DNA of 64,000 nucleotides from an uncultured Verrucomicrobiae bacterium. GTDB lineage: Bacteria > Verrucomicrobiota > Verrucomicrobiia > Limisphaerales > Palsa-1400. The position numbers were made by a program, and so were the translations under genes. Positions 43,701-53,968 of this stretch are shown here, piece after piece (within the stretch, counting starts at the first letter, position 1; every line of letters starts with the position of its first letter). The notes beneath the pieces are model-generated. The model ran no database searches. It worked only from the letters and a program-made list of their open reading frames with translations, and was not told where the DNA came from. The stretch spans positions 3,072,001 to 3,136,000 of the forward strand of contig OY969763.1 in NCBI GenBank assembly GCA_963702845.1, written 5' to 3'.

Positions 43701-45071
43701 TGGAAGATCAACTCCAGCGTTTCAGAACTCGCCACGCTAGTCAAAACGGCAAAAACTGGCGAACTGCGCGATTCTGCGTTCGAGTCCCTGCGCAAAATCG
43801 GTGGCGACAAAGCGCTCGCCGCAGTGCGACAACTAGCCTCAAAAGATCAGCCGATGGAAATTCAACGCGCTGCGATTACATCAATGGTGGCGCTCGATCT
43901 TTCCAATGCCGTTCCTGCTGCCATTTCGCTGTTGCGCGATTCCACCAACAGTGACCAGGCCATCGCAATTTGGAAGTCCCTCTTGGAAACCAAAGGTGCC
44001 ACGCCCCTGCTCGCTCGCGCGTTACCTCAAAAAGGATTTCCGCAACTTGCTGGCAAAGCCGGTCTGCGAGCCGCCCGCGAAACAGGTCACAATGACGTAG
44101 AATTCATCGTCGCACTGACCCGCGCTGCCGGGTTGCAAGACGCTGAAACAAAACTTACCGAAACCGAAACGAAGGAACTCATCAAGGCGATTAACGAATC
44201 CGGCGACGCCGTTCGCGGAGAGAAAATATTCCGCCGTGCGCAGGTTTCGTGCGCTTCTTGTCATGCTATAGGTGGTGTCGGCGGAAAAGTCGGCCCCGAC
44301 CTCACCTCTATCGGTGCCAGTTCACCACTCGATTATCTCATCGAATCTGTGTTCTATCCGAACGCAAAAATTAAAGACGGCTATCACTCTTATCTGATTG
44401 AGACCGACGACGACACGGAAGCCTCCGGAATCCTAGTTCGCGAAAACAACGACGAACTTGTCCTTCGCAACGCGAGCAACAACGAGGTTTCAATTCCAAA
44501 AAATAAAATCAAAAAGAAAACCCAGGGTGGTTCGCTCATGCCTTCCGGCTTGCTCGATGCTCTTAATCATCAAGAGAAACTTGACCTGTTCCGCTTCCTT
44601 GCCGAACTCGGGAAACCCGGCGCCTTTGACGCCTCACATCCGAACGTTGCTCGTTTGTGGAAAGTTACCGTCTCATCGATACACTCTGAACAATTTGGCG
44701 ACGATAACGTAGTGAAGGCCGATTGGTCCGGTGAACAATGGCACACCGCGCCGACTTACGTTGACGGCCGTTTGTATCGCGCTGATCTGAAACACGCCGC
44801 AGTAGCCGAACGCGGCAGCATCGCGGTGTCTGTTTTTTGTGCGACGGAGTTTCGTGTTTCGCAAAATGGTCTGGTGCCTTTGGACCTGACCCTCGACGGC
44901 AAAGCCCAAGGCGTCGCCGCATGGTTGGACGGAAAGCCAATCGAATGCCGCAAACAAGTAACGACCGAACTGAAGTCCGGCGTCCATCGTCTCGTCCTGA
45001 AATTTGATCCAAAAAACCTGCCTGATTCCTTGCGGGTTGCGTCTCCGGAAGCCGCCTTTAGCGCCAATTAA
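40737..45071 (+). CDS. PVC-type heme-binding CxxCH protein (SGNH/GDSL-like domain + beta-propeller dehydrogenase-like + HEAT repeats + cytochrome c)
   Basis: RNLGWSADT, DDGIHL; KPIQMNFDPQGRLWV, FRPIDMKFGPDGALYIADW; CASCH, VGPDLT, SLMP. Confidence 0.9.
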   Translation: MRKTFVLLFLICLRALAFAENSTKDDAARSSLPAKVGGRFEISENDRVALVGDTFIEREQEYGWFETVLYSRFADRHFTVRNLGWSADTPMGESRASFDFTDANKGFERLMANIADVKPTVVFLGYGMASSFDGDAGLPKFKSDLEHLMQAIQDHSSNSVRFVLLSPIRHFKLPAPLPDPTAHNKQLLAYTKAIREIAGKRVLPFVDLFDWSPSASAREISDDGIHLTSTGYQLVSSEIARQLKFPSTAFKVVKPYEQRLRDTIVRKNHLYFDRWRPQNETYLLGFRKHEQGQNAKEIPLFDPLVQDEERNIFHVQDLISHKLNEPEPRPTATIPNLIKPDTNAPPQWQPQFDVAPGFEISLWAENPLLAKPIQMNFDPQGRLWVASSSLYPQIMPGQKPDDKIIVLEDTTGSGKANKGSVFADGLFLPTGIEPGDGGCYVAESTQLLHLSDEHHSGKADTRRVVLSAFGTEDTHHILHTLRWGHDGMLYFDQSIYIHSHIETPNGVVRLNSGGIFEFRPPTIELEVFLRGFCNPWGHQFDKFGQSFVTDGAGYQGITYGVPGATYFTYASMRRELQSISPGSYPKFCGLEIVGSQQFPADCQGQMITADFRAHRIARFSVAEEGAGYVTKELSDLVRTTNVTFRPIDMKFGPDGALYIADWSNPIINHGEVDFRDGRRDHEHGRIWRIAAKDRPLLPRVNFTKLSDEELLRELVSPNSYNASQARRVLTEHGKRVVPALRKWMTLQNTDTGLLQALWMFQSLDIVETNVLSKILQSNDGHIRTAGYRVLSEWHKRVPQATAWLARGSQDSFLRVRVEAVRGLGKIPTAKSAELVLNALGTKDTFVDYAIWLSINELAKPWLAAVKSGEWKVEGHEDQLEFGLTSIESDLAVPALASYVKDHPLTRDGQGRWIELIGRAGTANELQLLYDHVLQNEFDSAASLRALTALREAAKNRSIKPASRLDEISGVIKSSTAKNQLEAVRLAGEWKINSSVSELATLVKTAKTGELRDSAFESLRKIGGDKALAAVRQLASKDQPMEIQRAAITSMVALDLSNAVPAAISLLRDSTNSDQAIAIWKSLLETKGATPLLARALPQKGFPQLAGKAGLRAARETGHNDVEFIVALTRAAGLQDAETKLTETETKELIKAINESGDAVRGEKIFRRAQVSCASCHAIGGVGGKVGPDLTSIGASSPLDYLIESVFYPNAKIKDGYHSYLIETDDDTEASGILVRENNDELVLRNASNNEVSIPKNKIKKKTQGGSLMPSGLLDALNHQEKLDLFRFLAELGKPGAFDASHPNVARLWKVTVSSIHSEQFGDDNVVKADWSGEQWHTAPTYVDGRLYRADLKHAAVAERGSIAVSVFCATEFRVSQNGLVPLDLTLDGKAQGVAAWLDGKPIECRKQVTTELKSGVHRLVLKFDPKNLPDSLRVASPEAAFSAN

Positions 45072-45168
45072 AAGTTCCTTGTAAATTCGGCGTTTTGTGG
45101 GCAAGGTCTGCCCTCGTAAGGCGGTAGAGCCGCTTGCGCAAATCACGTTTTTAATCAGAGTAGAAACG

Positions 45169-45384
45169 GTGACAAAAGAAGAACCAATTGAACTTACCGG
45201 CACGGTGACCCAAGTGCTGCCCGGAACAATGTTTCGGGTTGCGCTTCCCAACGGTCACGAAGTGCTTGCCCATATCTCGGGCAAAATGCGCAAACACTTC
45301 ATCCGCATCAGCGTTGGCGACAGGGTGAACGTCGAGATGTCTCCTTACGATTTGGGCAAAGGCCGCATTTCTTTCCGCCAATAA
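45169..45384 (+). CDS. infA: Translation initiation factor IF-1
   Basis: GTG start; [41 protein letters not shown]; 71 aa. Confidence 0.97.
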   Translation: MTKEEPIELTGTVTQVLPGTMFRVALPNGHEVLAHISGKMRKHFIRISVGDRVNVEMSPYDLGKGRISFRQ

Positions 45385-45393
45385 GTCTGCCGT

Positions 45394-45783
45394 CTATTCC
45401 GGCACGACCATTTTAAAGCGCGGAATTCTCGTGAGCAGCCGCCGCCCCTCATCATCCACTCCGAGATAACTTCCTTCAGCGACCGCCGTTTTTGTGTCGA
45501 GCAGGTGAAATGAGTTATAGCTGAATTTTGATCCAGGATTGATCAGCGGATATTGGCCGACAACACCGTTGCCTTCGTAAGCGCAAACTTCCCCACGATC
45601 GTTTGTCACTACCCATTTGCGTAACTTGATCGTCACCGGAACATCCGTGTCATTGTGAATGCTGATGAAATAGACAAAACAATGCGGCCGATCCTCCGGC
45701 GCCTCGAAGCTGGGGTTATACACCACCCGATCGACCGTCACTCGCAATCCCTCGGGTTCCAAAAATTCCTGCGGCAAACTCAC
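45394..45783 (-). CDS. apaG: ApaG domain protein
   Basis: FVYFISIHN, RKWVVT, EGNGVVGQYP, FSYNS, EGSY, IPRF; GTG at 45783 preferred. Confidence 0.85.
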   Translation of the reverse strand: MSLPQEFLEPEGLRVTVDRVVYNPSFEAPEDRPHCFVYFISIHNDTDVPVTIKLRKWVVTNDRGEVCAYEGNGVVGQYPLINPGSKFSYNSFHLLDTKTAVAEGSYLGVDDEGRRLLTRIPRFKMVVPE

Positions 45784-45870
45784 GTCCCAAGCTAACTTCC
45801 CGTCAACCACTCGCCAAGCGGCGATTTCTCCAACTCTCGACTTTTTACTCAGCGCTCCTATCCTGATTCA

Positions 45871-46755
45871 ATGCAGTGGGAAAAAATCAGCATCATCGGC
45901 GCAGGCCTTTTAGGAGGCTCGCTTGGATTGGCGATTCGGCAACGCAACGTCGCCTCGTCCGTCTACGCCTATGTGCGCCGGCCTGAATCCATTGCAGAAT
46001 GCGAGCAAGCCCAAGCCGTCACCAAAGCGACATTGGATCTTGGCGAAGCGGTGAAAGATTCGTCGCTCGTTATTTTCTGCACCCCGCTCGGGCAGATGCG
46101 TGAACTCGCCCAAAAAATGCGTCCGCACCTCAAATCCGGCACCGTCGTGACCGATGTCGGCAGTGTGAAAGAAAGTGTCGTGCGCGAGCTCGAACCTGTT
46201 TTCGCCAGCATCGGTTGCCATTTCATTGGCAGCCATCCGATGGCGGGCTCCGAGAAGACCGGTGTCAAAGCCGCACGCGGCGATCTTTTTGAAAATGCCG
46301 TCTGCCTTGTCACCCCCACGCAACGTTCCGACGCAGATGCTGTTTGCACAGTGCAGAATTTTTGGAAAGAAGTCGGCGCACAAACCATTCGATTGAGCCC
46401 GGAACTGCACGACGACCTCGTCAGCCGCTCGAGCCATTTACCGCACGTCGTTGCCGCCGAATTGGCCAATTACGTCCTGAGCCCCGTTCATCCGAAAGAA
46501 CAATCGCTCGTGTGCGCATCTGGTTTCCGCGACACGACCCGCATTGCCGCGAGTTCGCCCGAAATGTGGCGCGATATTTCCCTGGCAAACCGCAAGAACC
46601 TGATGCGCGTGCTGGGCGTTTTTATCGAAGACCTTCAGGAATTTCAGCACGCCCTGGAACGCCAGGACAAAAGCGCGATCGAAGAGTTTTTTGCCAACGC
46701 AAAGACCCGCCGCGAACAATGGCACAATCGCGGCGCCAGCGCTTCGCCGGAATAA
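45871..46755 (+). CDS. tyrA: Prephenate/arogenate dehydrogenase
   Basis: IIGAGLLGGS, TDVGSVK, GSHPMAGSE, HDDLVSRSSHLPH, GFRDTTRIA, PEMWRDI. Confidence 0.92.
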   Translation: MQWEKISIIGAGLLGGSLGLAIRQRNVASSVYAYVRRPESIAECEQAQAVTKATLDLGEAVKDSSLVIFCTPLGQMRELAQKMRPHLKSGTVVTDVGSVKESVVRELEPVFASIGCHFIGSHPMAGSEKTGVKAARGDLFENAVCLVTPTQRSDADAVCTVQNFWKEVGAQTIRLSPELHDDLVSRSSHLPHVVAAELANYVLSPVHPKEQSLVCASGFRDTTRIAASSPEMWRDISLANRKNLMRVLGVFIEDLQEFQHALERQDKSAIEEFFANAKTRREQWHNRGASASPE

Positions 46756-46760
46756 CCGCT

Positions 46761-49252
46761 TCAATGCCTGCGCAAGATCAGCCGGTGATCGACGCGTTTT
46801 GTCTGTGAATACTCCAACGGTGGCAAGTCCGTGATCGTTGGTGATTCCGTCTCCTTCACAATTGCAGTCGCTATTGCCTGCAGCGTCTTCCAACGCGGCC
46901 ATTCCAAATCCGCCGCGTGACTGATCTGTCGCAACGTGCTGCGCCATTCGATAATGATACGATCGATGTCTCCCGCGCCGAGCAACTCCGTCACCCACGC
47001 GTGTTTCGTGAGTGGATTCTTGTGAACTCCCGCGACAACTTGCTCCGCACCAAAACCGTATTTCGGCGGGACACCATTCTCTAAATAACCGGGGATGGTC
47101 TGATTCCCGTAAAGTTTGTGGCACGCCGTGGCGAGCCGCCCCCCCAACGATTGTCCTCGCCGCAAAACCGATAACTCGCGTCCAGGTCCGCGAGATCATA
47201 AACGAGTTCATCGATCGGGTACGATTCATCATCAAGCGCGGCAGCAATCGCCAGCCCATCGCCTTGTGAAAAAAAGCTGCAAACTTTACCGCGCAATGTC
47301 GGCGCGCCACCTGCATCAACCAGACCAAGCCGACGCCAGAGCAGCGCGACGCCAGTTGAGGCGGGCAATTCGCGACAGACCGGAACGAGCGGACAAATAG
47401 CGCAATCGGGAGGCAAGACGTCGCGTTCGATCGGTCGCCAAAGCGCCACGCCGTGTGCGTCTACCGGAACACGCACCGTCTGTTCGGCTAAACTTAAATG
47501 TGCAACGACGCGTTCGTGCCGATCGATGTATTGGACCACCGGCGTTTTCTGGTGAGCCAACTTTTCGGACAACAGCGGGATGATCTGCTCTTCCCAAACT
47601 TTTATAGGAACCTGGCGGCCATTCCAATTCGTCAGCCGGCGCACCCACTTGGCAATCAATACTCGCTCTGTGTTCAATCGATCGGCAACTGTTACCTCTC
47701 GTCCGTAAGTTTTCTCGATCTCCGTTTCGCTAATGATGCAAAGGCTCCCCTGCCCGACCTTCTCCAATGCTGCAGCGCTGGTGACCGCCGGCCGCAAATT
47801 CTCGAACTTCGCATCCGAAACTCCTGTTTGCACCAACACATCACGCAACGGCACTTCAGTCGACGTCGGATAATCCTGCCATTCACCACGGCTGTTCAGT
47901 AGTTGGCGAACGCGCTTGCGAACGTGGCGCGCTCGCTCGGCGTCCGTCATTAAGCCGCAGGGCACGTCTGGATTCTTCATCGATTCCTCAACTCCCAAAG
48001 CAATTCGCTTGGTCGTGAACAACCGATCCTGCACCCGCACAGCTTCGCGGAACGGATCGCGTTCCTGCTCTGCTGCCGCCCACATCAGCCCGAGCAACGC
48101 GTTCCAATCGACCAGGGCCGAGCGCGAGAGATGGCAAGGCCGTCCATCTAATAACCGAAGTTGATTAGCCGTAATCAGAACGAAGCCCGTTTCATCCAAA
48201 CCGCGTCGGCCGGCGCGACCAAACATCTGCAGAATTTCATCCGAGCGCAGCGGCTGTTCAATCCCGTCGCGCTTGTATGAATCTGCCGCCAGCGCGACGC
48301 TTCGAAGCGAAAAATTGATTCCTGCGGCAAGCCCCATCGTGGCCACGACCACGCGAAGCTGACCCGCCTTTGCCAACGGCTCGACCACGCCTGCTCGTGC
48401 CGCGTAGCTCAGTCCGCTGTGATGATAGGTGATGCGGCTCTTCAGCATGCGCGCCATGTTTTCGCCCACCAGCGCTCGTTGTTCCACCGTCAGGTTGAGT
48501 GGATTGGGATTTGGTAAAACGCGCGCCAGTTCAGCGGCCAGGGACTCCGTTGCTTGTCGTCGCGGTGAAAATACCAGAATCGGACCGAGATCCTCCGCCA
48601 GCGCTTTAGCAATAAAACGAGGCCAATAGCCGCGAATTTCCGAAGGCACATTGTAGTTGAGATTATTGGCGTGAACTTCTTCCAGCGGCACAGGGCGCAG
48701 TTCATGTCGAACCAGCACCGGCTTTCGGCCAAGGCGCTGAAGCCATTGCACAACCTGATGAGGATTACCGACACTGCCGCTCAGCAAAAGTAATTGCGTT
48801 TGCGGCGGAGCGAGGGCCAGCGCCAATTCGTAATTCAGCCCGCGATCCGCATCGCCGATCATTTGATACTCATCGACCACCAGCAAAGTCGGACCATCGC
48901 CGCGAATCAGCCGGTTCTTCTGTGTCTCCAGTGTCGCGACAATCACCGGCGCAGAAAGATTCTCCGACAAATCGCCCGTGGCAATGCCGACATCCCAACC
49001 CTGCGCGCGCCATTCCGCCAATTTATCGTTGGCCAGAGCCCGCGTCGGCACCGTGTAAATCGCCTGCCCGCGATTCTTCCCGTGTCGGGACCACAATTCG
49101 AAAATGAGCGTTTTGCCGGCGCCGGTCGGCGCATGAACAACAACGTCATGACCTTCGCGCAACGCACCGACAGCCTGTTGCTGCCACAGGTCGGGAATGG
49201 TAATTCCACCCATGCTGGACAGGCTGCCTTCCAATGTTTGGGCGAACGCCAT
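46761..49252 (-). CDS. Ski2/HelY-like DEAD/DEAH-box helicase; frameshift in a G7 run at ~47140
   Basis: APTGAGKT, VPTRALANDK, DEYQ, HHSGL, AGINF, QMFGRAGRRG; the C-terminus continues in ORF 46761-47165. Confidence 0.85.
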
Positions 49253-49329
49253 TACTGTAAGATAAAGCTAAAGCGCAAAACCCAAAACATAAATGCTTGA
49301 GGTCCACAAACAAACTTTCCCTGGGAAAC

Positions 49330-49362
49330 AAAAAGCCCCTCTTCTCACTCGAGAAGAGGGGC
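49330..49362 (-). terminator. Rho-independent terminator
   Basis: GCCCCTCTTCTC-actc-GAGAAGAGGGGC 12-bp stem with a T-run on the minus strand, after the stop at 49385. Confidence 0.85.
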
Positions 49363-49384
49363 CAAATGAATTAGAATCCGACTC

Positions 49385-52300
49385 TTAATGCTTTAAACGG
49401 AAGAAACCAGGTGTCGCTCCGAATGGAACCGTCACGGTGTAGTTCGTCCCGGAAACACTAACACCACCCACTGCGTTCCATGACGCGGCGTTTACAGTGC
49501 CGGCGTTTTGCAGGACGTAAGCGCTGTTGTTATTGGTCGGCCAGGAAATCTGAATCGCGCTGGCCGAGCGCGCGGCTGTCAAACTCGGCGCAACTGTTGT
49601 CACATCAGAGAAGGACGTGCTGACCACGATGTTGTCGATTATCTGGGAACCAGCAGCTGTCGGAGCCGATGGAGTTCCCGACTCGCGGATACCAATCCCA
49701 GTTACGTCGAACGGCGTCAATGGGTCCGTAGCGGTAGCGCCCACGTCGTTAGGCGAGGTCGGATTCACCCAAATGGTCGAAGACCCGACGCTGACTTTAT
49801 ATCGAACAACGACGTTGTAGGTCGTATTCAGACTCAGGTCCAATGGGAATTGCACATTCGGCGGATTATTGGCGCGATTGGACAGACCAAGACGGAACTT
49901 GCCGCTTCCAGCACTGCCGATCGAAGCAAAGACTTTGGCAACAAAGTTTGTTCCCGCAGCGTCACGCAAGTGAATGAAGTAGTCACCATTTGCACCTGGC
50001 AATACTGTTTGTTTAAGCGTGAAGCCAATGTAGAGAACGTCTCCAGAAGTCGCGGTAAACGGCCCACTCGGAAACGTCGCGTAAAGATCTTCTGAGTTCG
50101 TCAAATACAGACTGACCTGGGCGGAAAAGTTGCTCACAATCAATTCGTAATTCGTGCCGCTGCTATGGAACCATGGGCTGTTATTTGCGAAGGACAACGA
50201 TGTGCCATCGGGATATTCATCGAAGTTTTCGCTGAACAAAATTCCGAGCTGAGGACCACTACCGACAAACAAATCGAAGCTGCTGGTCGCGGTCATGTTG
50301 TCAGTATCTGTCACAGTGACAGTCACCAGAGCCGTTCCAGTTTGGCCGGAAACGGGGTTCAACGTAATATTTCGCACGATTCCGCTTCCGCCCAATGTAA
50401 TTTGATTATTGGGAAGGAGTGTTGGGTTCGACGACGAAGCAGTAACAATTAGATTTGCCGGAGCCGTTTCAGCATCGCCGACGTTGAACGAAATCGGGCC
50501 GACGGGAACGCTTGAATCGATCGATTGATTTGCGATAGCGGATATCGTCGGCGGCGTTTGCGCGGAGCAAATGTTCTGCGGCGAAGCGCTGTTGTGCGGA
50601 TTCGGCGCTGCTGTAACGAAATCCAGGGCGTTGTTGTCGTTATCGATGCAGCCCCAAGTCCCGTTGGCGACATCGCTGGCACTTCCACGGAAATCCGCAG
50701 TGGTATTGGAAGGAGCTGGAGCCGGGCCAGTTCCTTCGGCTGGAGTTGAGCCGGAACCGAAAGCGACGAGGTCAACCACGCGCGCATCGGGCAAAACTAC
50801 CGTTCCAAGCGCATTCGTGGTATTTGCCAACGCAACTTTGCCGCCGGTTGCGCTAACCGCAATATTAGTATTGCCTGCGTCCGGCGTTGGAAGCGCGGCT
50901 GCTCCTGTATTAGCGCCCGGCGCGAGCTGAACGAGGAAGTAGCTGTACGGGGCGATGTTAACGGAGGGCAGATTGACACAGAAATTCGTGGTCGTTGTAA
51001 ACGCCGCAGCACTGCCTGCATACTGAAGTGACCATCCAGCAAGACTCACGTTGGTGCTTGTGCGGTTAAACAACTCGACGAAGTCGTTAGCGTATTGTCC
51101 GCCGGAATTGCCGCCACCGCCGTAGACCTGGCTGATCACGACAGCGGCGCGAACAGGTTGAACAACGTTCAACACCCCAGAGTCCGTCGCAGTCAACGCA
51201 CCCGAGCTAGCGCGAACCGTTGCAGTTCCGGTGCCGTTAGCGGTAAAAACTGCACTTTTTGAATCAACTGCTGGAACAAGGTCACCTGCAACAACTGAGC
51301 CGGTTATAGTAGGCAACGACCAAGCGGACGCTGCGACGTTATCAACAAAGTTGGCATACGCATCACGACGGATCGCATAAACCGTGATCGAGCGTCCGGC
51401 TATGAGAGTTTGCGCAGGAACGACTGTGCCGCCGCCGTTGGCTGCAGTTTCCACACGCACCTGCGCAGGACTTCCAGCAACAACAGTGATAATGCCGGAA
51501 TCGATATTAATCAAACTGCCGGAGACCGCGCGAACTGTTGCCGTTCCGGCAACATGCCCGGTGATTACAGCGCTTTTCTTGTCGCCTGATGGGACTAGGT
51601 CACCAGCAACAACACCACCAGTTGACCCACTTAATGTCCATGAGTCTGCGGCCACATTCGCGACGAAATTATTCGCGGCATCACGTTGGATTGCATAGAC
51701 GGTGATGGAATTTCCAGCAGTAAGATTTTGGGCCGCGACAACTGTTCCACTACCATTGGGCTGGGTTTCCACGCGAACCATAGGACTGCCACCACCTCCG
51801 CCAGTGCCCGTTACTACGATATTATCCAGTGAAATTTTTGGGCGAGAGCCAGTGGTTCCACCATCGCCGTTGTATTCGTAAAAGCGAATTCTCGCATTGG
51901 GATTACTGTTAAAGGCGGCTGGAAGCGTGATCGAGGAGCGGGTTCCCGAGGCAGGTACATTGTTATTGCACGATACTGAAGCAGCCGTCAGTTCTGTAAA
52001 GGTCGTCCCATCAGTGCTGGTATAAACCTTAAGTGTGGCCGCTCTGTCTCCAGTGACCGTTATTTACTTCGGCCCAATCAAAGCTCAAAGTTCCGGCAGT
52101 GATGCCGGTAAAATCGAGAAAGAGATCGCGCCAATTGCCGCTGAATGATCCGTGCTACCGGTGGTCAAGAACAGCATGGCTCCGGTTCCCTTCTGAATAC
52201 CAGTGCTTTGGCTGACGGCAGCGGGCCAGCCGGCAGTAGCAGTAGCATTGGTCGTGATTTTCACGCCATCGGGAACTGTTCCGGATGTGTTGATAGGCGC

Positions 52301-52507
52301 GGCGGACCAGCGGCTCGCACCAATTCCGCTGGAAAAGTTAGCGCCCCAGTTAGCAATGTCATCGAAACCTTCGGAGTAATTGCCGGACGACATCGGGTAA
52401 GGCGTTGCAGCGACTGCACTCCAAGAGCACATTAGTGCGACCGCGAACAATGCGGCCCGAACTATTAGGGAAACTTTAGATACTGATCCTACAGGGGTTG
52501 CTTTCAT
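49385..52507 (-). CDS. Large secreted lamin-tail-domain (LTD)/Ig-like repeat protein; frameshifts at ~52128 and ~52056
   Basis: Signal peptide at 52507; reading continues DLFLDFTG...GDRAATLKVYTS into ORF 49385-51781; LTD motif VVISQVYGGGGN..NDFVELFN; two ~100-aa VRVET repeats. Confidence 0.8.
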
Positions 52508-52683
52508 AAAATTGCGCGAGATACGGATTTGCCGGGCGTTCGAAGCTTGTGCTGGTTAAGCAGCTTTGATTTACCTTTCTTTAGAGTAGTAGATTATGGA
52601 TTTTTGACGGGCTCATAGCAAATCAAAAACAGGGTAAGAATCATCATTTTTGCGTGGGCCATAACAACCAAGATTTGGAATCG

Positions 52684-53283
52684 TTTACCGTTTCTTGACC
52701 GTTTCTTTACCGAATTTGACCGGCCACATAAAATTACGGATTTCGGATTGCGAATTGCGGAATGGTTCAAGACAAACCTTCTGCGATGGGCGCAATGCAC
52801 GCGACATCAGGTAGAAATGGTGCAGTTTTGCGTACGGTTGACGATGGGTGGCGCATTAGGATTACCTCAGATGACCAGACGTGACCAAAGATGACCAAAC
52901 GTGACTGAACGTTGCCGCTGGTGGATTTTGTACTGCCTCGATTTGGGAAATGATGCAGAAATGATGCAGAAATAGTGCAGTTTTCTTCGGTCGCGGATTT
53001 CGAACCACCGAACGACCGTCGGGGCTCGCTTTGCTCGTTGGCGGATTTGCGGCATAGTGAGATTACCTCCGATTACTTCTGATTACCTCCCGTTGCCTTT
53101 TTCATTTTTTTCCAGACGTGGACCCGAAAACTGAACTTTTCTGTACATTTACCTGTACGTTTTTTCGTTTTGACCGTGTTCATTTTACGAAAGGCGGCAA
53201 AAGTTTACCTTTTCTTTACCGAAGTTTTACCTCTGCCGGAATCGCGACTGGTAAAGTTTACCGTTTCTTTACCGAATTTGACC
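52684..53283. repeat. Cluster of different 10-11-bp-period tandem repeats plus one heptamer repeat
   Basis: Blocks at 52684-52721, 52734-52761 (heptamer), 52871-52910, 52947-52979, 53061-53090, 53204-53232 and 53257-53283; the 24-mer ACCGTTTCTTTACCGAATTTGACC occurs at 52698 and 53260. Confidence 0.8.
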
Positions 53284-53481
53284 ACTTGCGGAGTTTTAGC
53301 CACTGACCGCAACGTCCGGCGCGCGAACACGGATTGAACACAGATTCTTCCTGTGAATTTGGAACTCAGGCCAGTTTCCTGATCTTTCATAAGACGGACA
53401 CCTTTCCAGCCGGGACAAACGCCGGCACGTTAAGTCAGCGAACGACAACAGTTCACTGACGGATTCTTAGGATTCAGATAT

Positions 53482-53616
53482 GAGTTATATAGCGGCGCGT
53501 TTTCACGCATCGCATAAACCCTCTCTCACCGAGAAAGGCCCGAATGGCGGGGGCGCTGCATTCCACCGGAATGAGTTGGCCGGTCGCACGAACCCTGCAC
53601 CGCAGGGTTGATTGAC
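53482..53616 (-). ncRNA. Structured RNA with three C-GGU-G hairpins and a GAAA hairpin, copy 1 (core resembles the Acido-Lenti-1 motif)
   Basis: AACCCUGC-GGU-GCAGGGUU, CAUUCC-GGU-GGAAUG, CCUUUCUC-GGU-GAGAGAGG, GCGU-GAAA-ACGC; G-U pairs form only on the minus strand. Confidence 0.7.
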
Positions 53617-53968
53617 AGAGGCATTTTTGGGTTTTCAAAAGAAATTTGCAAGAGATAAAACTGCGGTTGGAATTGGAAGTTGCTCCGGGCTTGGTACCGG
53701 GTCGGAGTATGATCAAGCCAAAACCGGCGATCATGGTGGCGGTTATGGGAGAGTGAAATTCTCTGTCGGCGAAGCTGGCGCCAGCTAAAGGTCAGATATC
53801 ACTGATATGACAATACCATTAACTTTTTCGCCAGAATTGCACGCGACCTCAGCCACAATTGATCGGACCAAATCTCCTGAAGGCAGATACCCGTCCGACC
53901 ATTATGCAGGCACAGCAATACTGCGGTGGTAATCGGGCACGAGCCAATTCCGATCAATTCAATCTCTA

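Noticed and set aside
52594..53734. Short ORFs in the repeat patch and across RNA copy 1
   Set aside because: They translate tandem repeats and the structured RNA; no coding signal or homology recognised.
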